From positions 298,344 to 352,720 of the forward strand of contig NC_069004.1 in the NCBI RefSeq assembly GCF_001194135.2: DNA of 54,377 nucleotides, read 5' to 3'. Position numbers and translations under genes: made by a program. Within the stretch, counting starts at the first letter, position 1. The number at the start of each line of letters is the position of its first letter. This document shows, in pieces, positions 1-13,384 of this stretch. Below the pieces are notes generated by a model. The model was given only the letters and a program-made list of their open reading frames with translations, searched no databases and was not told where the DNA came from. Source of the DNA: Octopus bimaculoides. Lineage: Eukaryota.

Positions 1-43
<43 letters not shown>

Positions 44-60
44 CACATATATTTATTTAT

Positions 61-415
61 CTTGTACTTGTTTCAGTCATTAAACAGCAGCCATGCTGGG
101 GCGCTACCTTGAAGAATTTTAGTTGAACAAATAGACCCAGTACTTTTTCTATTAGTCTTATTTGCTGAACTGCTAATTTATGAGAACATAAACACACCAA
201 CACTGGTTGCCAAGTGATGGTGGGGGACAAACACTGACACACACACACATATATATACACAACAGGCTTCTTTCAGTCTCCGTCAACTAAATGCACTCAC
301 AAAGATGTGGTTGGCCCAAAGCTAGAGTAGAAGACACTTGTCCAAAGTGAAATGCAGTAGGACTGAACCTGGAACTATGTGGTTGGGAAACAAGTTTCTT
401 ACCACACAGCCACAT
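61..415 (-). mobile_element. tRNA-derived CORE-like SINE (family A), near full length
   Basis: Reverse complement of head (tggctgtgtggtaag, ggttcagtcc), CORE-like ttgg(g)caagtgtcttcta, internal CA/TA microsatellite and tail gactgaaacaagta. About 20 copies in the window. Confidence 0.8.
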
Positions 416-499
416 ACATTATGTATACATAATATCACCATTATCCCCCTTCACTTCTGCATCCCACTTTTCTATGCCTGTATGAATTAGCAGGCCCTC

Positions 500-800
500 T
501 TCAAAGTAGATCCCACCATTTGCACATTCCTTTGTGAAACCCTTTATCACCTTCAGTATTCTGAGATCAGCTTTCACTACCCTTGTCCACAGTTCCACAG
601 AGATACCCCAACACTTCTTTGCCCAGTTGTCATCCTCTGTACCCATTACATATCCATACTAATGCGGTCATCTCTCCTGCACATTACATAGATTTCTTCT
701 TACATGTTTCTGCTTATACCCAGTTTTTATCTCAGCTTTTCTGTGCCATGTTTCTCATACACAACCTCACACATCCAGCAGAGCATACTTGCTTCATTTC
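500..800 (-). mobile_element. Degenerate RTE-clade LINE fragment (post-RT region)
   Basis: Translates to EASMLCWMC...YGYVMGTEDDNWAKKCW...TRVVKADLRIL with stops; homologous to the fragments at 36-39 kb. Confidence 0.65.
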
Positions 801-861
801 TTATTTCTTTACTACCCACAAGGGGCTACACACAGAGGGGACAAACAAAGACAGACAAATG

Positions 862-1030
862 GATTAAGTCAATTATATCAACCCCAGTGCGTAATTGGTA
901 CTTATTTAATCGACCCCGAAAGGATGAAAGGCAAAGTTGACAACGGCAGAATTTGATCTCAGAACGTAGGGGCAGCCGAAACACCGCTAAGCATTTCGCC
1001 CGGCGTGCTAACGTTTCTGCCAGCTCGCAG
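862..1030 (-). mobile_element. tRNA-derived SINE (family C)
   Basis: Head gagctggcagaaacgttagc and central ctttgcctttcatcctttcggggtcgat; same family as 2046-2259. Confidence 0.8.
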
Positions 1031-1057
1031 CCTTTGTTTCTTTTCTTCTTTGGAGCA

Positions 1058-1170
1058 ACTTGTAATGAAGTGTTTTGCTCAAGAACACAAAGAGTTGCCC
1101 GGTCCAGGAATCAAAATCACAATCTTACGATCATGATGCTGACACCCTAACCACTAAGCCACACGCCCCC
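1058..1170 (-). mobile_element. tRNA-derived SINE head (family D)
   Basis: ggcgtgtggcttagtggttagggtg...gattcctgg...tgtgttcttgagcaaaacacttca. Related copies at ~35400-35600, ~39520-39660 and ~45100-45610. Confidence 0.7.
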
Positions 1171-2045
1171 CACATTACTTGCCTCATTTTTTTTCAACCT
1201 AGACACATCTTCTGCATTCAATGATCGCAGCACAGTATGCACACAAGCATTGTGCAATCAACCCTTTACACAGAGAGAATAATCTTGTCGTCAGGTCAGC
1301 AGAAATAATAGCTCCCTGAACTTTCTCTCTCCCTCCCTATTCTTATTATGGCTATTATGAGATACTAAGGAAACCCAAATACCATCAGAGATAATTGGAT
1401 TGCCCCAGTGAGTTACCAAAGTAACAGAAGCTACCATTTGCATTCACAGAATATTCCAAGTATTGGGAAAAGTTTATCTTGCAGGTGCTCTGACTGCTAA
1501 CTACTCCTGCAAGCTGTCACATACAAACTCTTCATTCATGGCCAGCTAGACTATGATCCTAGTAAAACATTAGCATAACTTGTACAGATCACATCAAATA
1601 CATGTATGGAATTATTTTGGTCTTCCACTGTTCTGCAAAACTGAACACAGCTATTTTCCCTGATAACAACTGCATTTTCACCAAGCTTATTTTCAGTCAG
1701 GAAAGAAAGTTACTGTCCAAGGCCCTTTACAGGACCTCCAAGACTAGGGGAATCTACTCTCCAGCTAGAGATCTGACCCAATTACTTGCAACAAAGTGGA
1801 CTCCACTTAAGGCACCAAAAGCGCCTGGTAGTAATGTTAAATCAGGTGATAGATCTTTACCATCCAAATAAGCTATGGTGCAATTTGAACTCAGAACGCA
1901 ATTCACCAGAAGAAATACTGCAAGACTTTGATTTAACTTTCTTTCTGTTTTGTCATTCTACTGTCCTGGATCAATAGTTTTTGCCATCAGCTGTGAATGG
2001 ATGAAATGTAAAGTTTCCCTCAGAATGCAGAGTTTGAGGCATATT

Positions 2046-2259
2046 CTTTTCTACTCTGGGCACAAGGCCCGAAATTTTGGGGGAGGGGACTAGTTGATTA
2101 GATCGACCTCAGGACGTAACTGGTACTTAATTTATCGATCCCAAAAGGACGAAAGGCAAAGTCGACCTCGGCAGAATTTGAACTCAAAACGTAAAGACAG
2201 ACGAAATACCACTAAGCATTTCACCCGGCATGCTAACGTTTCTGCTAGCTCCCTGCCTT
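2046..2259 (-). mobile_element. Complete family C SINE with 16-bp target-site duplication
   Basis: TSD gagtttgaggcatatt at 2030-2045 and 2260-2275; A-box-like and B-box-like (gttcaaat) head. Confidence 0.9.
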
Positions 2260-2689
2260 GAGTTTGAGGCATATTATTATCTGACACTCCAATGACTGCG
2301 AACTTATTGTTTATTGCTTAACTCCAAGGTCTCTTCATTCTAGTTACTAATTCAGCATCTACAACTTCTCTACATCTTCCAAAGACACCACTTTGAGTAA
2401 TAGGTCATCAGCATCTTTGAGTCCTCATAGACCATCAATCTTGAACTCTTGTGTTACAGCTCAGAGAAGGGTAATAGGAAGAGCAAGTTTACAACTAAAC
2501 TGATAGTAAATTTTATTTCACTCAGACAAGACATTCATCCAAACCCAGTTTCCTAAGGGACCACCAGACCACAGCTTATTGTACTTGTCAAGGCCTTATC
2601 CATTTCTAAAAATGTTTAGTAGAGAAGCTTGCCCTTAGTAAAAAAAAATTGTACTTTAATTGCCCCCCCCCCCAATCATCAGTACCACT

Positions 2690-2900
2690 TAGAACTGGTA
2701 CAAACCCAAACTGCATCTCACCTTAGATGAGTTTCTTCATAATCAGTTACGCAATGATTGTACTTATTCACTTTCATAAGTTAGTCCATCATTTGGTACA
2801 TCTATAAGGTGCTTCTTTCTAGAACATTCACATTGCCTTTGTAGCAGTTGATAATGATGCTGCAATGTCAATCATTGGGAATGACACCTCCAAGTGTCAA
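2690..2900 (-). mobile_element. Old RTE LINE fragment (start of RT domain)
   Basis: Translates to GVIPND*HCSIIINCYKGNVNVLERS... with many stops; resembles the RTE GxIPxDWxxSxIxxxYKGKG segment. Confidence 0.55.
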
Positions 2901-3245
2901 GTAGTCGACAATGAGATTGAATAGCTTAAGTACTAACACACACATATGTGTAGATATACATAAACATACATAGATATGCACATGTGTGTGTGTATATATG
3001 TTTGTTCCTTGGCTGGCCAGCTCCATGTCAAACTGTCCAACCCATGCCAGCACGGAAAATGGATCTTAAATAATGATGAGGTGCACATTCTCCGTGTTTT
3101 TCTCCTTGTCTCCGTATTCTTTCTGTTGAAGAGCGTAGCTCGAAACGTCAAAGACTTTCCGTATTCCCGAGCGTCATACTAAGACATCCTTTTGTTATTT
3201 GCACCACCTGTCCTCGTCTGTTGTTGTTTTTTCGTATATTCTCCC

Positions 3246-3362
<117 letters not shown>

Positions 3363-4271
3363 CACACAGAGGTGTGGATAGGTGCAGGCATGAATATGCA
3401 CAGGTATCAGCAATAACCACAGGTATGCTATGTACTAAGAAATTTGCTTCAGTCTCACTATGGCCAAGTGTTTTCTGCTATAGCCTGGGACAAGCAAAGA
3501 CATGCGAGTGGATTTGGTAGATGGAAAGTGTAAGAAGCCCATCATGCATTTCTGTTTCCTTGCCTTGACAACAACCCAGGTGAAGGTTGGCAACATGAAG
3601 GATATCCAGCTGTAGAAAATCTGCTTCGATAAATTCTGTCCCGCTCATACAAGGATGGAAAACTGAATGACAAAACGATGATGATATATACATGCATATT
3701 CACACACACACATACATATAGACATGCATATATAAATATACACATGCATCATCATTATTATTTAATGTCTGCTTCCTTTGACAAGAACTGGCAAGCCAGA
3801 ACACTGTGCCAGCCTCTAGTGTTTACTTTGGCATAGTTTGTACAGATGGGTGCCCTTCCCAACACCAATCACTTTTGCAGTGTGTACTGGGTGCCTTTTA
3901 TGTGACACCAGCAAGGTCACCAAGTAAATCACAAGACAAAACTGAAGAGGCAATACTATTGAGCGGAGGGGTGGGGGTGACTGTGCCACATGATGAAAGG
4001 TTAGAGTATGATAGAGGGATAAAAACAGTGTTTTGCAGTAGAGGAAGAACATGGCTACTCCAGCTGGCAGGAGCGGGCAGAGAGAGAGAGAGAGAGAAGA
4101 TAGTAAAGAAAATTATCTGGGCATACATTCAAGTTACAAGGGGGGGGGGGTATATAAGTGATGTAATAGAAGGCAGGAAACAAACATTGCTTTTCTGGTG
4201 GTGATGTTCATTTACAACCATTATATATATATATATATATATATGAAATTAAGTAAATGACAGAGAAACAA

Positions 4272-4413
4272 GAAATTATGCAATGAACTTAATTAGCATA
4301 CAATGAAAGTACTTCATTTTCGAAGCTCTGAGAAAGATATAAGCTGATGCACATGCCCTGAATGCACGAAAGCAGAAACAGTTGTTTGCCAATTAAGTTC
4401 ATTGCATAATTTC
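4272..4413. repeat. Perfect 23-bp inverted repeat with 96-nt spacer (MITE-like)
   Basis: gaaattatgcaatgaacttaatt (4272-4294) and its exact reverse complement (4391-4413). Confidence 0.85.
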
Positions 4414-4701
4414 CTATATATATATAAATACATATGGATATGGTAACACATATCTGTCACCTTTAACTTCTTTTAGTCATTGGACTGCAGCCATACTGGG
4501 GTACCACCTTGATGAGTTTTATTAGATATAATCAACCCCAGTACTCATCAGTCTTTTTTGCTAAACTGCTAAATTATGGGTTGTAAACAAACGAACAATG
4601 GCTGTCAAGTGGTGGTGGTTGACTTCAGTGGTTTATTTAACTCATACCAATGAAGAAAATGGATGTTAAGTAATGATCATATAACTACATATACACAAAC
4701 A

Positions 4702-4739
<38 letters not shown>

Positions 4740-4774
4740 TATATTATATATATTCTTTTACCTGCTTCAGCCAC

Positions 4775-4956
4775 CTGACTGCAACCATGCTGGAGCACCC
4801 CCTTCAGTCAAACAACTCAACCCCAGGACTTATTGTTTGTAAGCCTAGTACTTATTCTATCAGTCTCTTTTGCTGAACTGCTAATTTAAGGGGACATAAA
4901 CGCACCAACATCAGTTGCCAAGTGATGATGGGGGAAAAACACAGGCACACAAATAT

Positions 4957-4987
<31 letters not shown>

Positions 4988-5212
4988 ATCCAAGAGAGTT
5001 AGGGATTGAGGATTCAACCCACTAAGGGATAGTATCTATCCAATATACTGCTGGGAGGGTAACTGGCTTCTTTCAGTTTCCATCTACCAAATCCACTCAT
5101 AAGGCTTCGGTTGGCCCGAGGCTATAGTAGAAGACACTTACCCAAGGTGCTATGCAGTGGAACTGAACCCAGAACTATGTAGCTGGTAAGCAAGCTACTT
5201 AACACAGCCATT
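4775..5212 (-). mobile_element. Family A SINE with ~80-bp foreign insert in its internal microsatellite
   Basis: Tail, CA/TA run and head all present. Extra sequence at ~4989-5065 is absent from other copies. Confidence 0.75.
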
Positions 5213-6441
5213 GTTTTACATTATATATACATTATCATCATCATCATCATCGTTTAGTGCTCATCTTCCATGCATGAATGGATAGGACGGCCAGGTAGAA
5301 AAACTACCCCAGGCTACTGTCTGTTTTGGCTGGGATTTCATGGCTGGAGGCCCTTCCTAACACCAACCACACAAACAAATATATACACACTTATATATGT
5401 ATATTCACACACACACACACACATATATATATATACACATATATATATATATACANNNNNNNNNNNNNNNNNNNNNNNNNNNNNNNNNNNNNNNNNNNNN
5501 NNNNNNNNNNNNNNNNNNNNNNNNNNNNNNNNNNNNNNNNNNNNNNNNNNNNNNNATTTATATATACATTTATATATACATTTATATATACATTTATATA
5601 TACATACATATATATATACATTTATATATACATTTATATATACATTTATATACACATATATACACATATATATACACATATATATATGAACCTAGCCAGT
5701 ACAATTTTAGTTCATCGTAGAAAGCTATTAAATTAATGAGTGTGCACAACAACTAAAGAGGTAGTAGGCGCAATGACTTTGTATATGTAAACAAATGGGA
5801 AAAATGGGTCACAAAGGAAACATGGAATAATTATATAAGTCACACAGATAGAACATCGATTTTCTAGAACCTTTGCTTCCAAAGCATTCCCGGATTACCG
5901 ATTTTCCGAATCAGGGATGGTCACCTTCGTCAATACACACTAAATCAAACATATCAATTTTCGTTAAGTAATTAAACAAAATACAGACATTAATATAAAT
6001 TAGTGTGGATTAAAAGAGATTCCGGACAATTAGCGTCCAGATTGGTCGTCCGTATTATATATGTGTGCGTGTTTACTCCTATATAAGCCCTGACTGAGGA
6101 GAAATCTATGATAAAAGACAACCCAACCATAATCATCCAGTCTTTTTCTCTTTCCAGACTTTGTGTGTAGCAGACTTCCTTAAGATGGTTGATTGTGACT
6201 TGATGGAGATTCGGGGTTTTGTGAGCCACTTCTTACAGGCTCTCACGTCGACTTGTGTGTGTGTAGATAGATACACAAGAATGGATATAGATAAATAGAT
6301 AGGTAGAGAGAGGTAGGTATATATTTAGACATCAACGTAAAGATTACACAATCCTGCGATCAGCAAGAATCACTGAGGTCGAAGTATATTAGAAAAGATT
6401 TCAATCAAGACACCTAAGACAAACGCATATCATTACATACA

Positions 6442-6444
<3 letters not shown>

Positions 6445-6510
<66 letters not shown>

Positions 6511-6520
6511 CACACACACA
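6445..6520. repeat. (TG)n/(TA)n/(CA)n compound microsatellite
   Basis: Direct. Confidence 0.97.
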
Positions 6521-6939
6521 CATAATCTGTACATACACGTAGAAACCTATACACTCATACACAGAGGTTACCAATGGCGGCGGGCAGGGCATCAAATCCT
6601 ACACACACAGAGAAAAGACAACAGCCGAGTGTTTTTTGGTGCAGTTTAAAATTAAACTAGCGATCGAACATCGGGGTTAGTGCATTACAGTTGTTATATA
6701 AAGTTGTAATTCATTAAAATGTAATTACTGTGAAAACTATATTTTATCTTACAGTAAACAGAACTTCTGTGGGATTTTTTTGTTCAGATAAAAACGACAC
6801 GCGTATACAAACACAATTGTGTGAGCAGTGTATGGGTAGTTGCCAGTGTATATACTGATATATAATTATTTATACTCATGTGTGTGTGTGTGTGTGTATG
6901 CATAATCATGTAAATACGTATACATTTAATCTTATATAC

Positions 6940-6989
<50 letters not shown>

Positions 6990-7002
6990 CATACATTTCA
7001 GG

Positions 7003-7038
<36 letters not shown>

Positions 7039-8477
7039 GTGTGTGTATACACACAAAAGGTAAATATCTGAATACATATATAACCTTATAAAATTGACAC
7101 ACACACACATATAGGTTTGCCCAAACGTGTGGTAAATGTCTTCAAATACTCACACGTACCACTACAGGGACACTTACACATTGTGCAAAAGCCATCAAAA
7201 GAAAATATACAGAAAACATTAGTCAAATAATAATATTTAACTAATAATAATATATATCCGAATAATAATAATAATATATACAGAGAGAGAGAGAGAGAGA
7301 GAAAAGGAGAGAGAATGAGTGAAAGGGAGGGAGAGAGAGAGAGAGAGAAACGCAGAAATTTTGATAGGAAGCTCTAGAAATAGAAATATAAACATTTATA
7401 TATATATGTAAGTAATAATATAAATGTATGTATAAAAAGAAATATACAGGCATCATGTGTGTGTGTGAATAAGGATGATAGGAGAAAATGTGTTGGAAAG
7501 AGCAATCGAAAGTCTTGATATTCTTATTCGAAAGGTTAGAGATGGAGATTGGTGGCAAAGACTTACCATTTTTGTTGTGTGAAAAGAAAAGGTATAAATG
7601 TAGAGATTTGTAAACTTCGCAAGTCAAATGCGCAGTTTAATAATCAATGAATTCTGCATGTAGATTCCCGTTACATTAATGATACACGAACGAACTAAAA
7701 GCTGGTGAAGTGTGTGTGTGCAGATGTATGAGTGTTATGGGGTCTTTATGTATGAGTGTGTATGGGTGAGACTGTTGTATGTGTGTGTATAGACACGTAC
7801 GGCTTTGTGTATGAGTGTATGAGTGAAAATGTGTATGTGTATGTAGGTGAAGTGTTTGATTCAGGGGGAGATAATTCGTAAGGAGAGGAAAAGAAAGAAA
7901 GGAAAATAGAAATCGAGTTGCAAAGTAAGTAGGAGGAGGAGGAGGAGGTAATTTAATGATAATTGTGGTGGTGTTTATGATGCTGATGACGAGGAGGAGC
8001 TGAAAGAAAGACGTAAAAAGAAAGCGAGGGAGGTTTATTTAGAGTGAGTGAAAGGTAATATAGTATGCTGAACAGGAAGAAAATAAAGGAAAGGTTTGTT
8101 TAGAAAGTGAGTGGAGAAGTAGTGTAATGATGAACGAGAGGTAAAAAAGCGAGAAGAAATGAAATAAAGAGAGAGGATGAGTGAATGGTAGTAGGAGGAT
8201 AAACGAGAGGAAAAGGAAGAGGGACAGCCGAATCAAAGAAGGAAGATGCTTACTAAGACTATGGTGGTAACAAGATGTGGTTGAGAGGAGAAGGAAGAGC
8301 GAAGAGAAGAAACAGAAAGAGACATATGGAATAATGAAGGGGAGGAAAAGTAAAGTTGAGAAAAGGGCAAGATTGGAAACTTGGTGTGTTACGTCACTCA
8401 AATATGTGTTGACGTTTGTGTCTACTCATTATTCGGAATCCACGAAAGGTTACGTTTGAGATGTCCCTGTGTATAGT

Positions 8478-8815
8478 CATTGTGTCTGTGTGCTAAGGGG
8501 TTTGTTCTGCAACGACATGGTTTTAGGTTTAGTCCCTGTGCATGGCATCTACTATAGCCTCGGGCCGACCAAAACCTTGTGTATGAATTTGGTGGGCGGA
8601 AACTGAGAGAAGCTGGTCGTGTATGTGTGTCCCACTGCCGCTTGATAACAGGTTTTGGTTTGTTTATGTCCTCATAATTTCACTGTTCGGCAAACTACAT
8701 TGATAGAATAGGTACCAGACTTAGAAGAAGAAAAAAGTACTAGGCTCGACCCGTTTCACCAAAAACTCTTGAAGGCGATGCCCCAACGTGGCTGTAGTCC
8801 GATGACTGAAACGAT
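8478..8815 (+). mobile_element. Family A SINE
   Basis: Head remnant, ctactatagcctcgggccgacc, tail ccccaacgtggctgtagtcc...gactgaaac. Confidence 0.75.
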
Positions 8816-9089
8816 AAAAAAAATAAAGAAACGCACCTCTTAAACGGCTTCCAGAAATCCGAGAATACTGTGCGATATCATGCAATATATTTTTTTACTA
8901 TGTATTTAGTAAACAAACCGTTTCTGAAGTTGGTTAATTTGAATACGGTGTGTTAAAATAACTTTATTCTTTCTAAAATAGATTGTTTAAAATTGAACAC
9001 ACTCTGCTTTACAATTGTATTAATTTGAATCTATTAAAAAAATTTAGTTCTTTACTTTTCGTAGTTTGTTTTATATTTGTAGATAACTA

Positions 9090-9730
9090 TGCAAAGTTGT
9101 GCTCCCCACCACATGGTTCCGAGTTCAATCTCACTGCGTGGCACATTGGGCAAGTGTCTCTTACTATTGACCCCGTCCGGTCAAAGTCTTACGAGTGATT
9201 TTGTCAGACGGAAACCCAAAGAAACCGTCGTGTGTGTATATATATATATATATATNNNNNNNNNNNNNNNNNNNNNNNNNNNNNNNNNNNNNNNNNNNNN
9301 NNNNNNNNNNNNNNNNNNNNNNNNNNNNNNNNNNNNNNNNNNNNNNNNNNNNNNNNNNNNNNNNNNNNNNNNNNNNNNNNNNNNNNNNNNNNNNNNNNNN
9401 NNNNNNNNNNNNNNNNNNNNNNNNNNNNNNNNNNNNNNNNNNNNNNNNNNNNNNNNNNNNNNNNNNNNNNNNNNNNNNNNNNNNNNNNNNNNNNNNNNNN
9501 NNCGTATATATGTATATACATATGTATGTGTTTGTGTGTCTGTGTTTGTCCCCCTAACATCGCTTGACAACCGATGCTGGTGTGTTTATGTCCCCGTAAC
9601 TTAGCGGTTCGGCAAAAGAGACCGATAGAATAAGTACTAGGCTTCTAAAGAATAAGTCCTGGGGTCGATTTGCTCGACTAAAGGTGGTGCTCCAGCATGG
9701 CCACAGTCAAAAGACTGAAACAAGTAAAAG
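9090..9730 (+). mobile_element. Family A SINE with expanded internal (TA)n running into an assembly gap
   Basis: Head 9090-9235, (TA)n plus N 9256-9502, tail 9530-9730. Confidence 0.85.
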
Positions 9731-9986
9731 AGTATATATATATGCGTGTGTGTGTGTATGTATCTTTGTGTTTGTCCCCCATCTCCGGTTTATAATCCTG
9801 TTACTTAAGGTTCGGCTAAAGACAGAATAAGTACTAGACTAGAAGAGAGAAAAAGGTACTGAGGTCGATTCGTTCGACTAAAATCCCAGCAGCAGTCGAA
9901 TGACCGAAATACGTAAAAGATATACAAAAACGAGATATTTAAAGTCTCCAAAAACAAATAAAAATTGGGAAATTCAGAAATCTGAA

Positions 9987-10079
9987 CACTTCCGGTTTCA
10001 AGCTTGCCGGTTTTTGGGGCCTGATACTGTTTCGGAACGGGAAAAGTTTTGCCAGCATTGAAAAGCTGTACGGATGTGG
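9987..10079 (+). promoter_or_regulatory. Candidate promoter / non-coding first exon
   Basis: ETS-type CACTTCCGGT at 9987-9996 in non-repeat, CpG-retaining sequence, followed by donor-like GG|GTGAGA at 10079/10080. Confidence 0.3.
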
Positions 10080-11189
10080 GTGAGAGAAAGGAAGATTAGA
10101 AATATTTTAAGATGTAGAAAACATAAAATAGATAAAGGAATGAGTTAATAATCATCGATTTATATGTTGTAGGTTTTTTTGGTTATAAAATTCTATAGGG
10201 ATGATTTTTTTAAGGTCAGTCTATATATCTACTTACATGCATACGTGGTGGTGACAGAATATGTACCAGACTTTAAAAAAGTACTGGGATCGATTTATTC
10301 GACAAAACTCTTCAAGGCAGTGTTCCAGTATGGCCGCAGTACAATGACTGAAATAAGTCAAAGATGGATAGATAAAGGAACGTATACATCTATATATACA
10401 TATATAGGATCTTTCCATATGGGATCTCTATGTGAATACACGCACACATACACACCTACATACATACATGTCAGTGTCATTATAGCAGTGATACACACAC
10501 AAATCTGTCAATTTACATATTTGTCAGCCAACATCGAAGCACACACACACATGCCACTGTGTATTATAAGTGTATAACAATCAGAAATAGGACAAATACT
10601 AAGAATTCCCTTTCGTTACTAAATTCAAGCCATGTAATTTATTATTAAAAAAAAAATCTATTTTCTGATTCCGTCCTGTTTCGGTTCCGGAATTTCTTTT
10701 GTTTTCGTTTTAAATAAATAAGTATTCTATACGCAATAACACTGATGTATCTAATGTGTGTGTGTGTGTGTGTGTATATGTTATGTCCTGTTATTATTTT
10801 CTTTGTATTTGTGTAACATTGTTCGTTTTTTTTTCCGTCCTTGTTTTTGTATATATTCACTGCTTTCTTCCAAGGAATCTGATGCTCTTAGCTTAGTTTT
10901 TCCTTGGGGCTGGCCAGATTGAAGCAATCTCGAGTATAACCAGCCGAAATTGCAAAGATAATCTGGAGCTCGACTGATGAAAGAAAATTCCGAATGACCT
11001 GTCCTTGTTTTTTTTTTTTTTTTGTATTGTCTATCTGGATGTTTTGTTGTCCCTTTCTTGCATCACCTAACTGTCTGGATGTTTTACGTTCTTGCTCCAT
11101 TTTGTATTATATAAATATACTTCTTCACGCAGCCCAAGAAACATTTTCATTCATTAACTCCACCAACAACGACAACATCCATGCGATAG

Positions 11190-11340
11190 CATTGACTTCA
11201 GTGCTCAATTGGTACTTTATCAACACTGAAACGACGAAAGGCAAAGTCGACCTTGGCGAAATTTGAATTCAGAACCTAAAGAGTTTGAAGAAATGTAACC
11301 AAGTATTTTGTCTGACTCGCTTACGATTCTACTAGCTCCA
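11190..11340 (-). mobile_element. Family C SINE, partial
   Basis: gaaaggcaaagtcgaccttggcgaaatttgaattcagaac. Confidence 0.7.
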
Positions 11341-12234
11341 CACATTAAATGTTCATTGCATTAATACAAATTTCCCGCACGACATACTTACCTTCAATCA
11401 CCTCAATATATTCAAAGAAAAACATTCTCTTGGTTTTATTTCATTGCTAAATTTAGCTTAGTTCTACCGAATATTATTTTGCTTTCATTTCATTATACCG
11501 ATCTTTGTCGACTTTAGCAGTTTCATCTTCTGGATTCCAAAGTAAAACAGCGCCGGTGAGGTGTCAACATTTTCGTCGTACAACTGCTTTCTAGTAGTAT
11601 AGCTACAGTGTATACTGCCAGGGTATCCCTTCAGTTTGTCTCCCACTCCGGACCCTTAAATCTATACAGGCTTATACAGCAGACTCAAAGGTGCCGCCCC
11701 CATAAAAGTGTCGCCTGGAATGGACCACATCCCTCTCCGATTCCTAACTACGTCACTTTTGCAACCCGGTCGTTGGCAGTTCGATAGCAATTGTGACTTT
11801 TGAACTTCGATAAATAATTTAGATAACTTCGATGTGTTTCAACCAAAGATTGGCTCACTTGATAGGGTCTTTCAAGTCATTTTTAAAACAAGTTTTGTGG
11901 TATCATGGCCCATTCGAACAGTGGGGTTGTTGATGACTGAGATGTATCCAGGTATAGGTAGCTTATCTGGTATTTCTTGAAAAAATTTGTCCTGATTTGT
12001 TTTGGAATAATGTTAAATAGAGCAGGGCCTGTTGAAAAGAAATTGTGTTGCAGGAAACTGCTATGTGTTTATTAAATACCTCTTTTTCGATGTAGTTGAC
12101 TAAACACGCACGCGCGCACACACACACGATGAGGTTATGTTTGGGTTGTAGTGATAGCATGGTTGATGGTTCGATAGTAAGGTGTTTGGTGATGAAGATG
12201 CTACTGCTGTAAATGTTTGTTTTTTTGTTGTTAA

Positions 12235-12460
12235 GGTGAGCTAGGAGAATCATTAGGGCGTTGGATGTAATGCTTAGCGGCATTTCTTGGGGCTCTCAAC
12301 GTTCTGAGTTCAAATTCTGCCGAGGTCAGTTTTGCCTTTCATCCTTTTGGTGGCGATAAAATAAAATACTAGCTGAGCAGTGGGATCGATGTAATCGAAT
12401 TGAATCCTTCCCCACCAAATTGATGGCATTGTACCTATTGTGGAAAGCATTATTATTGGA
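12235..12460 (+). mobile_element. Family C SINE
   Basis: gttctgagttcaaattctgccgaggtcagttttgcctttcatcc...gatgtaatcga. Confidence 0.75.
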
Positions 12461-13384
12461 TCAAAGACATTACTCTCCTAACCAGCCCGTGTCTTTTTTA
12501 TTTTCAGATGTAGCGTATCTAAACTACATTATCCAATGTACGTTCTCGATTTTATTTTTAATTGGTCGGTGATTTGGTTGCTATTTCGAGCAGGTTTTCT
12601 AATCACGTAAACGCTACAGCTTGTTGAAAGACTGACTAGGATGATTGTTTGATGGGTTTTGTTGTTATTGTTGTTGGTGTCATTACTGATGTTGCTGGAA
12701 GTGTAGGTGTGGGTGTTGATGCTTGTGTTGTGGTAGTGGTGATAGTGCGTGTGTGTGTGTGTGGGGGGGGGGAGTTCCTGTGACGTTGATGTTGATGTTA
12801 TTAATGTTGTTACAGTTGTTAGTGGTGGTGGCTGTGGCGATGATGGTGTTGTTGGTTGGGGTGATGATGTTGGTGGCGGTGGTGGTGCGGTTTGTGGCGT
12901 TGGTGATGGTGGTTGGTGGTGGTGAAGGTGGGATGGAGTTGGCGATTGGGATGCTTTATTATTAGCATTATTGCTCTTTCTCATAAACTCACTGTTATCT
13001 CTTTTTGTTTTCCACGAAAGAATGTCTCCCATCCTCTTAGTTCAGAGATCCGTGTTTATTTTGGATGACATTATTTTTGAAAACAAAACCGGATTGGGGA
13101 AACCAACAAATTAGTCAGAGTAAAAATAAACTCTCAGTCCACAGATAGGACGTTTTACAAGCAGCCTCGGGGATGCACTCCACCTCAGTCCTTAGGTTGA
13201 TTTTTTTCTTTCTTTCTAAAGTCTACTAATTATTTTATCGGTGTTTAGGCGAACCGCTAGGCTACGGGGATGTAAACAAAATAATAGCAGCTGTCAAGCG
13301 ATTGTGGAGACACACGCACATTCATATATATATAATATGTGTGTGTGTGTGTGTATGAACTTTTTCAGAATGAGATAAAAAAAA

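Noticed and set aside
6158-6300. Strong + strand acceptor at 6157 followed by MVDCDLMEIRGFVSHFLQ...
   Set aside because: There is no good donor, the ORF is short and runs into a microsatellite, and I recognise no similarity.
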